From an uncultured Ignavibacteriota bacterium (GTDB taxonomy: Bacteria; Bacteroidota; Ignavibacteria; UBA10030; BY39), in NCBI GenBank assembly GCA_947085405.1, contig CAMTWO010000013.1, positions 20,193-84,192 of the forward strand: DNA of 64,000 nt. Reading direction: 5' to 3'. Under the pieces are notes generated by a model that was given only the letters and a program-made list of their open reading frames with translations, made no database searches and was not told where the DNA came from. Both the position numbers and the translations under genes were made by a program. Below are positions 32,242-42,600 of this stretch, one piece after another; the stretch's first letter is position 1; the number at the start of each line of letters is the position of its first letter.

Positions 32242-35200
32242 ATGAACATAAAAAAATTAAATTTACTAACAATACTTGTTGTTGTCTTCGGCTTTTTATG
32301 CTCTACTGTTTTTGGCTCTGGGATTCCAGATAAAAACAATCGCCAAAAAGATAAGTCGTTGATGAAACCAACAGGTACACCCCTTTACCAAATTCTGAAT
32401 ATTAATAACATCACCACTTGGATGCGGTCCGATGGTCAACAAAACCATTCACCCACGAGCGATAATGGTTCATATTTTCCACGTGGAACAAAATGGGCAA
32501 TTTATCAGGACGGTTTTGTATGGGGTGGAAAAGCTTATTTAGATGCCGGTTTAACTACACCGGCACCAACACAACTTATCCGTGTTGGAGGTCAAACATA
32601 CAACATCGGTACACGTGCAGGCCGCATAATGGGCACAGGTGCTACAGCAGTAGCTCAATCTCCAGCCGATGCGGATGTTCGCATTTATCGTATTCGCCGA
32701 GATTATGGTGAAATGGGAATTCAAGATCTGCAACAGGATGCTGCCGAAAGCTTCGAAGTTCCAATTGCAAGTGTAACAAAATCGCAAACTGATCAAATAT
32801 CTGATCAATATGAAAAAGATTGGGACGAGTGGCCCGTTGCTTATGGGGCACCATTTATTGAAAGGAATGGAACTCCGGGTTACCAGAAGCCCAAACCCTT
32901 TAATTATGATAAAACTAAGGGTGCTATTTTTAATACCGATTCTCTAATTGCTCATAATTATGATGAACCGGGACTTGCCGGAGTTGATCCTAAATCACCG
33001 GCAGATCAGGTTATTTGGACTGTAATCAACGACCTCGATCGAAGTGCATCTACAGGTTTATTTGGTTCAGAGCCATTAGGTCTTGAAGCACAAATTACAT
33101 TGTGGGGTTATAAACGCACCGATGCTATGGGAAATTTATACTTTAAAAAAATTAGATTCATCAATAAAGGTGGTGTTATTACAGTCCTACCTGATACCAA
33201 AGGTTCATTCCATATCGACAGTATGTATTTTGCACAATGGTCAGACCCGGATTTAGGTTCGTACGGTGATGACCTTTGCGGTGTCGATCAACCCCTCAGC
33301 TTAGGTTTTGTTTATAATGGAAATGCTGTCGATGCCGAGTATAAAAAATTCAATCTTCCACCACCGGCTGTAGGATACGACTTTTTGCAAGGTCCATTAG
33401 TTCCTGGCGCTCCAACTGACTCAGGTGTATTCAATCTCAAAAGGGTGTATGGGAAGAAGAATCTACCAATGACATCTTTTGCATATTTCTCTGCCGGTAG
33501 TGGTATTAGCGATCCACCATTTACATACGTAGGCGGTTTAAGATGGTGGAGAATGTTGCAAGGATTTGTACCCGAAGATGCAGCTACATGGAGATTATAT
33601 CCTCATCCAACTGGTGTTACTCCTACTAAATTTCCTCTTAATGGCGATCCTGTCAAGAAAACCGGCTTCATAGACGGAGCTGGGACACCCTCGTCATTTG
33701 CCCCCGGTGATCGAAGAATAGTTCTAAATACCGGACCTTTTTCACTTGCCCCCGGTGATACACAAGAAGTCGTCGTGGGTACTGTAGCCGGTTTAGGCAG
33801 CGATCGTTTCTCAAGTATTAATGTTATGAAATTTTATGACAGGTTTGTACAAAATACATACGATGCTCTATTTCAGGTTCCAAAAGCTCCATCCTCACCT
33901 GCTTTAAAAATAGCAGAACTCGATGGCGAAGTTATTCTGGAATGGGGTAGTGATTCAACGGCTGTGCTAAAAACAGAGACTCTAATTAACCAACCTGGAG
34001 ATTATCGATTTGAAGGTTATAACGTTTATCAGTTGCCAAGTGCTTCTTCCACTTTAGCCGATGCAAAGCGTATTGCAACTTATGATTTAATAAATGATAT
34101 TCCCGTTATACTTGACGAACAATTTGATAATAGATCGGGTGAAATTTTAATGCTGCCGGTTCAATATGGAACGAATAGCGGAATTATACGTCACTTCAAT
34201 TTCGTTCGTGATCATGTTTTAGATATCAATAAACTTAATAATGGGCAAGAATATTATGTAGCCGTTACTGCATATAGTAAATCAAACATACCTGGTTATT
34301 TACCAGCATCGTTAGAATCAAAACCAACTATATTTACAGTCCGTCCACAAAGTTCGACTGCTGGAAAACGATACACTGCAAAAGTGTACGACAAAGTAGC
34401 AGTAAAACTTGTAGCAGGTTCGTCCGATATTGAACTACCAGTTAAGGTTATTGACCCGTCCAAATTATTGGATGCCACATATTCCGTCTCGTTTGAAGTG
34501 GCTGGAGGGGTTACGTCTTGGCTTCTAAAAAACAAAGAGACTGGGGCACTTTTATACAAGAGTAAAAATCTCGGTTCGTTAATGTCTGGAGTGTTGAATG
34601 ATGATTTCGAATACCCTATTATTAATGGATTCCAAGTTGTAGTCGCACAGGAATCTCCCATTATTATTGAAGATTCAACGCGATGGATTCCCCAACGACC
34701 ATCTCAGTTAGACCATGGTAATCGTTATCCGGAAGGACCACCGGTTGCGCTTAGAAGTGTTACAACTGCTGAAGACTTATCCGCTCGATTCCTGGGGCAG
34801 TTTGCTTCATCATACGATATGGCGAAGTTGAAACGTGTAGAATTACGATTTGGGACTGGGAATGGCTCCAAAGCATATCGAGTTCGTCGAACTGGTGGAG
34901 GTACAGAATATTTAATTCAAACTAACGTTATTGCTGGCGTGGCACCTAATGGTGAAGGTTTTGTTAATGTTCCGTTTAGTGCTTGGGATATGGATAATCC
35001 GGGTGGTCCACGGCAAATTACCTTGAGTTGGAGAGACCAGAGCAATGATGCACGTTGGAATCCACCAACCACAGGTGATAATGTCGAAATTATTTTTATT
35101 CATGACCGGACATACGATCCACTTGGTACTCAGTATACATATCCCACTAATCCGGATCCTGCACGTCAAGGACCGGCGATATTAAATGAGGTTACTGTGG

Positions 35201-35703
35201 GTGCGAGGGCTGATATCATGTATGGTGTTTCTTTACGTTCAGTTGGTACTCAAATCGATGGTTCTGATGCTTCGGTCAGTGTAGCAACATTATATATTAG
35301 GCCCAAGTTTGTTTTAAATGATGCGTTGGTTTACGAGTTCACTACATCAGCTCCAACGTTTTCTCAGGAACTTGCCAAAGCCGATGCAGAAAAAGTTGGC
35401 GTATATCCAAATCCTTATTATGCTTTCAATCCTGCCGAAACCAACCGGTTTGTTAGGTTTGTAACATTCAACAAATTACCTGCGAAAGCAACAATAAGAA
35501 TATTCAACTTAGCCGGTCAGTTAGTTCGTACTCTCACAAAAGAGGATCCTTCACAGTTTATGCGATGGGATCTTAATAATGAGTATAATTTCCCGGTTGC
35601 AAGCGGTATTTACGTAGCACACGTGGATATGCCTGATGTAGGAGTTACCAAGATAGTTAAGGTAGCTATAATTCAAGAACAAGAAGTTCCAGATGTATTC
35701 TAA
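32242..35703 (+). CDS. large secreted protein (~1150 aa) with T9SS C-terminal sorting domain, no recognisable catalytic motif; paralog 1 (start at ATG 32242, not the track's TTG 32233, which overlaps the RBS)
   Basis: Signal peptide MNIKKLNLLTILVVVFGFLCSTVFG. Internal Fn3-like segment (...PKAPSSPALKIAELDGEVILEWG...). C-terminus VYPNPYYAFNPAET...ATIRIFNLAGQLVRTL...SGIYVAHVDM...KIVKVAII matches the type-A T9SS CTD pattern (PNP..., I.I.N..GQ.V, GIY). Confidence 0.8.
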   Translation: MNIKKLNLLTILVVVFGFLCSTVFGSGIPDKNNRQKDKSLMKPTGTPLYQILNINNITTWMRSDGQQNHSPTSDNGSYFPRGTKWAIYQDGFVWGGKAYLDAGLTTPAPTQLIRVGGQTYNIGTRAGRIMGTGATAVAQSPADADVRIYRIRRDYGEMGIQDLQQDAAESFEVPIASVTKSQTDQISDQYEKDWDEWPVAYGAPFIERNGTPGYQKPKPFNYDKTKGAIFNTDSLIAHNYDEPGLAGVDPKSPADQVIWTVINDLDRSASTGLFGSEPLGLEAQITLWGYKRTDAMGNLYFKKIRFINKGGVITVLPDTKGSFHIDSMYFAQWSDPDLGSYGDDLCGVDQPLSLGFVYNGNAVDAEYKKFNLPPPAVGYDFLQGPLVPGAPTDSGVFNLKRVYGKKNLPMTSFAYFSAGSGISDPPFTYVGGLRWWRMLQGFVPEDAATWRLYPHPTGVTPTKFPLNGDPVKKTGFIDGAGTPSSFAPGDRRIVLNTGPFSLAPGDTQEVVVGTVAGLGSDRFSSINVMKFYDRFVQNTYDALFQVPKAPSSPALKIAELDGEVILEWGSDSTAVLKTETLINQPGDYRFEGYNVYQLPSASSTLADAKRIATYDLINDIPVILDEQFDNRSGEILMLPVQYGTNSGIIRHFNFVRDHVLDINKLNNGQEYYVAVTAYSKSNIPGYLPASLESKPTIFTVRPQSSTAGKRYTAKVYDKVAVKLVAGSSDIELPVKVIDPSKLLDATYSVSFEVAGGVTSWLLKNKETGALLYKSKNLGSLMSGVLNDDFEYPIINGFQVVVAQESPIIIEDSTRWIPQRPSQLDHGNRYPEGPPVALRSVTTAEDLSARFLGQFASSYDMAKLKRVELRFGTGNGSKAYRVRRTGGGTEYLIQTNVIAGVAPNGEGFVNVPFSAWDMDNPGGPRQITLSWRDQSNDARWNPPTTGDNVEIIFIHDRTYDPLGTQYTYPTNPDPARQGPAILNEVTVGARADIMYGVSLRSVGTQIDGSDASVSVATLYIRPKFVLNDALVYEFTTSAPTFSQELAKADAEKVGVYPNPYYAFNPAETNRFVRFVTFNKLPAKATIRIFNLAGQLVRTLTKEDPSQFMRWDLNNEYNFPVASGIYVAHVDMPDVGVTKIVKVAIIQEQEVPDVF

Positions 35704-35734
35704 GGCTAAAATAATATTAAAAGGAGAATGAAAT

Positions 35735-36781
35735 ATGAAAAATAAATATTTATATACCGCCTTTTTAATAGGCCTTGTAATATTAGTTGTATTTAATTTT
35801 ACTGAGGCTCAAAATAAAAGGATAGGCACTGCGGCAGCCACTGAATTACTAATTCCCGTGGGTGCCCGCGATTTCGCAATGGGTGGTGCCACAATTTCAA
35901 ATACTTCCGGAGTCGAAGCAATACACTGGAATCCTGCCGGTCTCAGCTTAATAAAGTATGGTGCCGAAGGGATGTTCTCTTCCATGAATTATTTGGGAGA
36001 TATCGGTGTTAGCTACGGCGGCGTAGGTGTTTCGTTTGGCGATTTCGGTGTTGTTGGGTTAACTATAAAATCGCTTTCTTTCGGCGATATTCCACTCACC
36101 ACAAACGAAGACCCTGAAGGACTTTTAGGAAGAGTATATTCACCAACCTATTTTACTTTAGGTCTCACTTACTCTAAATCACTGACCGATGCTGTTGCGG
36201 CGGGTATTACAACTAAAATGATCTCTGAGCGAATCGACCGTGTTTCGGCTTCTGCTATCGCTTTCGATTTTGGTGTTATCTACCGTAATTTAGCTCATAT
36301 TTCCGGTTTGAATATGGGTGTAACGGTTAAAAACATCGGTACGCAAATGGCTTTTGATGGAACCGGATTGTACCGCAGCGCAACTTCAAGCGAAGGTTAT
36401 AGACCTGAACAAAGATACAAAATTCAAGCGGCAAGTTTCGAACTCCCATCTTCAATAGAAATCGGGCTTGCTTACGTTAGTACTTTGCAGGAAAATATAC
36501 ATTTTAGCTTGAACAGTACTTTTATAAATAACAATTTATACTTAGACGAATATAAACTTGGCGGTGAAATCGGATATTATCTAAGTGGTCTTAAATTGTT
36601 CGGAAGAGCCGGTATGGGTATGGTTCCACAAGCTGAAAAAGATGCAAATATTTTCGGCGGTACATTCGGCGCTGGTATTGCTTATTCTGCCCCAGGTGTT
36701 GATATTATCGTCGATTATGCATACAGACAAACCGATTTCTTCGACGGGAATAATGTATTATCCATCAAACTTGGTTTTTAA
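35735..36781 (+). CDS. PorV/FadL-like 14-strand outer-membrane beta-barrel (T9SS shuttle-like); paralog 1
   Basis: 348 aa. Signal peptide, then IGTAAATELLIPVGARDFAMGGA...EAIHWNPAGL (FadL/PorV-type N-terminal motif). Alternating beta-strand pattern; C-terminal ...SIKLGF ends in Phe (OMP beta-signal). Confidence 0.6.
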   Translation: MKNKYLYTAFLIGLVILVVFNFTEAQNKRIGTAAATELLIPVGARDFAMGGATISNTSGVEAIHWNPAGLSLIKYGAEGMFSSMNYLGDIGVSYGGVGVSFGDFGVVGLTIKSLSFGDIPLTTNEDPEGLLGRVYSPTYFTLGLTYSKSLTDAVAAGITTKMISERIDRVSASAIAFDFGVIYRNLAHISGLNMGVTVKNIGTQMAFDGTGLYRSATSSEGYRPEQRYKIQAASFELPSSIEIGLAYVSTLQENIHFSLNSTFINNNLYLDEYKLGGEIGYYLSGLKLFGRAGMGMVPQAEKDANIFGGTFGAGIAYSAPGVDIIVDYAYRQTDFFDGNNVLSIKLGF

Positions 36782-36806
36782 ATAATTCCCAAAAGTAACA
36801 CGTTTA

Positions 36807-36840
36807 AAAGGCTGACTTTTTTAAGTCAGCCTTTTTTTTA
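36807..36840 (+). terminator. rho-independent terminator of accessory operon 1
   Basis: AAAAGGCTGACTT-tttt-AAGTCAGCCTTTTTTTT. Confidence 0.65.
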
Positions 36841-36905
36841 TAATTGACTGAAGTTACTCGAAATTGACTTTTTGTCGCGTTGAGGATACTTTAATAGGTG
36901 TTACC

Positions 36906-37042
36906 TATTTCTCTTTTGAAAATGACAATCCTTGATATCTTAATTGTCTCCGTAGGAGACATATGTTTGTAGTAATGCGTTGTAGATGCGCCCACGACCC
37001 CAGAGGGGTCGAATGTCTTGTCATTAGGAGCGAAGAGAAATA
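36906..37042 (+). ncRNA. candidate structured RNA or MITE-like element: nested inverted repeats enclosing two GC-rich hairpins
   Basis: Outer 10-bp IR TATTTCTCTT (36906-15) / AAGAGAAATA (37033-42). Inner 8-bp IR AATGACAA (36921-28) / TTGTCATT (37018-25). Hairpins TGTCTCC-gta-GGAGACA (36945-61) and CGACCCC-aga-GGGGTCG (36995-37011). No ORF. Two further hairpins at 37076-37100 and 37106-37122. Confidence 0.3.
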
Positions 37043-37167
37043 TCTAAAAAACGCTTGAATTTCGTGCATTAGATTCTTCATCCACCTTTGGCGGATGAAG
37101 AATGATCCCGCAAAATGCGGGACGTAACTTCAGATATTAACGAAATATAATCTTAACTCTTTTCATT

Positions 37168-39453
37168 ATGACGAAACCAAAATCATTTTATATATTACTT
37201 TTAAGCTCTCTTATCTTGGCAGTTGCTAATCTCTTCCCAAACAATAAACCGGATGATGATTTATACCAGAGTTGCATCGATATAAAATCGGGTTTAAATG
37301 TGCTGAACATCTCTTTAAAACCGGGATACGAAGATCTCTCGGCACTTGCTTATTATCGGTTTGGGCAAGGAGCAAAAATAATGAGTGCCTATCTTACAAA
37401 TGGTGAGTGCACTGAAGCTGATTCGAGTTATTATTTTCCCCATCAGATAGCCGCAAAATTGAGACAAGAAAGTTTTGCCGCAATATCAGCACTGAAAGGA
37501 GAGACTTACTATCTCTCGTTTCCCGAAATAATATCAGCTCAGAATGATGAAAAAATATATTCGCTTTGGAATGAAGATTCACTAAAAAATAAACTATATA
37601 ATTTAATTTCTACTTTCAAACCCGACGTGATATTATTATCACGCGATTGGTATTACGGAAATAAAAACCGTTCAATTGAAATACTTATAGATAAAATTGT
37701 GGAAGTGATTTCAGAAAATCATAAGGATGGAAGTTGGAAAGTATCACGTTTTTATTATGATGACCCATCAAAAAAAGGAATTAAAATTCCAGTCGATACA
37801 AAAGATTCAAGGCGCAAAAAATCGTATCGCAAAATTGGTGAAGATGCAAGGGAACATTACAACTCAATTTCACTTCAATTAGAAAAATTAAAGAGCGGGA
37901 ACGTTCCAAGTTACTCTTTAATATTTCCTTCAAAGACTAAAAAACTGAATAATATAATTGCCGGTATCCCAAGTTATGATACGAAAAAGCTGAAGAAGTT
38001 CAAGAAAGACATAGATAATTTAGCAAACGCGGTATTGAAAAACCAAAAATATGTATTAAAATATTTATCAAAATTATCGGATTCGGTTAATACTCATTTA
38101 TCATATCGAATGAATCTTACTCAAGCAGAATACAAAATATTCTTGAATTGGAAAATAAATTTAGATAAAATAAGGAATGAGTTATTAGGAGTAAAACTAT
38201 ATTATACAATCAGCGAAACAATTTTAACAAACCGCCAATTAACTATTTTACAGATAGATTCTGTAACTGGCTTATCTAAAAACGGAACAACAGAATTATT
38301 TTTTCCCGGTGTAGATGATGATTGGGTCATCAACGAAAGTAATCAAAAGAGGCAACCACTGGTAATAGGACAGGAGTATCGCATTTTATCGCCGGCAAAC
38401 CTCGAATATAGCTATCCCTACGAGATTTATAATTTGGATAAACCATATCTTAAAAATCAGTTTTATTTTTTTGTTATTCATTCCTCAAATGTTAAGGAAG
38501 AAAATTTTGTTTATAAGCAGATAATCCATTTCGATTTCGCACCTCGCTTTACAACCGAAATAGTAACGCCATTAGTATTTGCTCCGTTAGCTAACGGAGA
38601 CAACGAAAAATTGATCTTCCGGTTGACAAATCATTCGAGAGATGGATTCGCAGACTATGTTACAGCGTCTGATAGCGCATTAGTAAGTTCCGATACTATA
38701 AATGTGAAGCTTAGTTATAAAGGAGCGGAGTATTTAGATACATTGAGTTTATTTTTTAAACAGGGGATTCAGGTTGGCGATAATCTCTTGAAATTAAAAA
38801 TCGGTGGTGAAGCTGTTGCCAATTTTGTTGCCCGGCGATATGATATAGCTGTTGATCACACGAAAAGAGTAGGGTTGATTTCTTCGCAGACGAATTCGAT
38901 AACTAAATTAACATTACAAAGACTTAATGTAAAATTTGTAGAACTGAACGACATGAACTTATTACAAACCTATGTAAATAATTTAGATGTAATAATTATT
39001 GATAGAAATTCTACAGATAAACTGAAATCTTTTAAGAATTTAATTGAACCCTTTGTGGCTGCGGGTGGAAACCTAATTGTGTTATCTCAGGATAATAGTT
39101 TTTGGGATTCATCGAAACTGTTTAGCGATATAAAATTAACCCGGTCGTTCATTTATGATGAAAACTCACTTGTTCAAATAGATTCTAACCATAGCATACT
39201 AAATACCCCCAATAAAATTAGCGGAGCAGATTTTGAAAATTGGATTTATGCTCGAACTTCAAATGAAGTAAGTATTACTTCAACAAAAGAAATAGAATTT
39301 CCGATAATGTCATCAATCGACAAAACACCCCTTATAGTAACCCAAAAGTATTTAAAAGGCACAGTTATTTATGTGAATATGGCATTACAGTATCAATTAT
39401 TGAACCTACAGGAGGGGGCGTATAAAATATTAGCGAACCTCATCTCGTTTTGA
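37168..39453 (+). CDS. secreted hypothetical protein with degenerate LmbE/PIG-L-like N-terminal region and GATase1/ThuA-like C-terminal region
   Basis: 761 aa; signal peptide. VLNISLKPGYEDLSALAYYRFGQGAKIMSAYLTNGE aligns to the LmbE motif (HPDDE...G.GG...TLTDGE) but His/Asp ligands are replaced (KPGYED). C-terminal ...DVIIIDRNSTD...FVAAGGNLIVLSQD resembles class-I glutamine-amidotransferase-like folds. No Shine-Dalgarno before the ATG. Confidence 0.7.
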   Translation: MTKPKSFYILLLSSLILAVANLFPNNKPDDDLYQSCIDIKSGLNVLNISLKPGYEDLSALAYYRFGQGAKIMSAYLTNGECTEADSSYYFPHQIAAKLRQESFAAISALKGETYYLSFPEIISAQNDEKIYSLWNEDSLKNKLYNLISTFKPDVILLSRDWYYGNKNRSIEILIDKIVEVISENHKDGSWKVSRFYYDDPSKKGIKIPVDTKDSRRKKSYRKIGEDAREHYNSISLQLEKLKSGNVPSYSLIFPSKTKKLNNIIAGIPSYDTKKLKKFKKDIDNLANAVLKNQKYVLKYLSKLSDSVNTHLSYRMNLTQAEYKIFLNWKINLDKIRNELLGVKLYYTISETILTNRQLTILQIDSVTGLSKNGTTELFFPGVDDDWVINESNQKRQPLVIGQEYRILSPANLEYSYPYEIYNLDKPYLKNQFYFFVIHSSNVKEENFVYKQIIHFDFAPRFTTEIVTPLVFAPLANGDNEKLIFRLTNHSRDGFADYVTASDSALVSSDTINVKLSYKGAEYLDTLSLFFKQGIQVGDNLLKLKIGGEAVANFVARRYDIAVDHTKRVGLISSQTNSITKLTLQRLNVKFVELNDMNLLQTYVNNLDVIIIDRNSTDKLKSFKNLIEPFVAAGGNLIVLSQDNSFWDSSKLFSDIKLTRSFIYDENSLVQIDSNHSILNTPNKISGADFENWIYARTSNEVSITSTKEIEFPIMSSIDKTPLIVTQKYLKGTVIYVNMALQYQLLNLQEGAYKILANLISF

Positions 39454-39489
39454 TGCTCTAATGTTTTTTCAAAAAAATACAAAATAAAC

Positions 39490-39518
39490 TTGACAACCAT
39501 CGGGATATTCCTTATATT
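39490..39518 (+). promoter_or_regulatory. near-consensus sigma70-type promoter (TTGACA-N17-TATATT) for accessory operon 2
   Basis: TTGACA at 39490-39495, 17-nt spacer, TATATT at 39513-39518. About 148 nt of 5' UTR follow before ATG 39667. Confidence 0.5.
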
Positions 39519-39666
39519 CTTTCAGGTTTTTTTTACATAAAACTATAATTTATTGTCGTTTAATTCAGTCGCTTGTTACTTCCAGTACTGATCTAAAGTT
39601 ATTCCTTATAAATTAAATATCAGAAAAAAATTAATATGTTAAATTTATCCTATATTAGGAGGAGTT

Positions 39667-42600
39667 ATGATTATTAAAAAGTTACTATTTCTTTTTATTT
39701 TGCTCTTTATAGTTGTATCCATAAGTTTTGCTCAAACAACAGGTAAGCTAAATGGTAAAATTATCGATAAAGAGTCGCGAGAAGCTCTCATCGGTGTTAA
39801 CGTTATGCTCGAAGGCACAACGCTTGGAACCGTTACCGATGTAGATGGAAATTACATAATGTTAAATGTTCCTGTCGGCACTTATAATTTAATTGTGCGA
39901 TACGTAGGTTACCGGGAAGTTACAGTGAAAAACTTAAAATCGATGGTGAGTTTTACAACAACTCAAAACATAGAGTTGAGTTCCGAAGCTGTAGAACTCA
40001 AGGAAGTTGTGATCTCAGCGGAGCGGCCCCTAATACCCAAAGACCAGACTGGGACTGTTCGTGTTGTAACCTCAGAGCAAATTCAATTAATGCCGGTACG
40101 TGGTATCAGGGAAATGGCAGCTACTACTGCTGGTGTTGTGCAGGGTGAAAGAGGCGGCGAACTTAATATCCGGGGTGGTCGGTCAGAAGAAACAGGTTAC
40201 ATTGTCGATGGTGTTTGGACGAATAATCCTTTAACAGGTGGCTCAACTGCTTTTGTCAGTCAACGAGCAATTCAAGAAATGATAGTGATGACCGGTGGAT
40301 ATAGCGCCGAATACGGAAACGTGATGAGTGGTATTGTTAACGTCTCCACAAAATCCGGTAAACCAAATTATTTCGGTAGTTTTGAATATGTAACAGATGG
40401 ATTTCTGGGTGATGGAGTACAAGGGTGGCGAAATAATGGTTACCAATTGTATAATTTAGCATTTGGCGGACCTGTTATTCCTTCTAATAAAAACATTTTA
40501 CAATTCTTTGGCTCTTTTGAATATACATTTAACAGAGATCCAAATCCAAGTTACAACTCTGAAAGACTCAGCGACCTTTCTAATAGTATTTGGCCCAAAT
40601 TTAAGGAAGTAACAGTAAATTATATTCAAGAAGGTCTTCAAAGACTACCCAAACTGCCGAGTGAAGAAATTGATAAACGAGCTAAAGAATTATTATTAGA
40701 CCAACCGAATTGGAATTTAGCACGTCCTGGTCAAATGCCAGATGGTGCTTCGCTACGTCTTGCTTGGAACGAAAAATTAACTGCTAATTTAGGAGACTTC
40801 CGTGTTAATTTGGGTGGTATATCCTCGAGAACGTGGGCTCGTTCAAGGGTGTTCAGCTATACTTTGATGAATGCGTTCCACAATCCAATGACAAATTCAG
40901 TCAACGACCAATATACTTTACGAGTTACCTGGGCACCTCAACCAAAGACATTTGCTGAAATTCAGGGAAGTTATTTTTACACTTATTCTGATTACATGGA
41001 TCCTGTCCATGAAGATAGAGTCTTCGATTATGGAGATCCTGCAAAAAACCCCCTCTTCTTCAATTATTTTCCTCCGGGGGTAGATCCCAGCCAGTTGAGA
41101 GCATCAAGAATTCCGATGGATACATATTTAGGGATGTTTGCTTATCCAGGTCGGGTGTATAATGGATATGGATTTAATAAAACAACATTTTGGCAATTTA
41201 ACGCAAACGTAACTCATCAATTGGGTGAACACGAAATTAAATTAGGTGGTGAGTATAAAATCCATCAATTGCGCGCTTATGCAATAGGGCCTCTTAGTTT
41301 AGCTTTATTGCGACCGGGTATAATCGATACGTTACGGAATGGGTTGTATGATCAATTAACAGTAGCACAAAAATCTTACGTTCTTAAAGAATATGCATCA
41401 CGAGGTATCAATACTTATGGTTATGATTATTTCGGTCGGGAAGTTGATTATGACGGATACGTTAAGAGTGAACGGAGTGAAGGTCCCAAAGAACCTATCT
41501 TCGGCGCTTTGTATTTACAAGATAAAATGGAATACCAAGATTTTATTGTAAATGCCGGACTCAGATTTGATTATTGGGATTCTAACACGGATGTATTAAA
41601 AGATTTATACGATGTTGCTAATAGTAAAAATACTACACAATATGGATCACCAGAAAACTTTAAGCGATTGTTTCCAAATAAATCAGTTCCAGCAGATGGT
41701 TGGGGAAATCCAAACAAAATTGAGGACGACAGTTTTGAAGAATCAAAGCCATTCCTGATATTCAGCCCAAGGTTAGGCTTCTCTTTCCCCGTCTCTGAAA
41801 GAATGGTATTTTTTGCTCAATATGGGACATTCGCACAGATGCCCCCACTTTCGAACCTTTATATGAGTTCCGACAGGCTGCGCGAATGGTATTTAGCCCC
41901 CGGCTATTTTTCAATAAATAATCCTCGATTACGACCTCAAAAAACTACTCAATACGAATTAGGTATTCGTCAGCAATTAGGTGAAGTAGCAAGCTTAAAT
42001 ATTACAGCTTACTACAAAGAAATTACTGGACTTATTCAATTAGGTGTCATTGAATCACGTTGGAACAATACGACCTTCTCAACTCTTCAAAATGGTGATT
42101 ACTCGACTGTACGCGGATTTGATCTATCATTTGATTCACGGCGTTGGAATAATTTAGCTGCTTCTGTAAACTATACATTGTCGTATGCAACAGGTACAGG
42201 TTCCGATCCCGGCACGTTAGGCACAATTCTTTGGTTGAATGCGAGAGCTCCAAAATTTGAATCCCCACTCGATTTCGATCAGCGTCACACAATTGCTGCA
42301 ACATTAGATTACCGTTTCGGAAAAATGGATAATGTATTTTTAAATCAACTCGGTATGAATTTATTATTCAGAAGTAACAGCGGTAGGCCCTATACACTAA
42401 ATGATCCAAGTATTCCACCAACCGACTCACGAATAAAACCTCAATCAACAATTAACGCTAATTACAGCGATTGGAATTTTAGGTTCGATTACCGAATTGA
42501 TAAAACTTTTGAATTACCTATTTCCAATATGAGGTTGAATACTTATATATTAATTTTGAATTTGCTGGACAGAAAAAATATTGCTAGCGTATGGGCTGGT

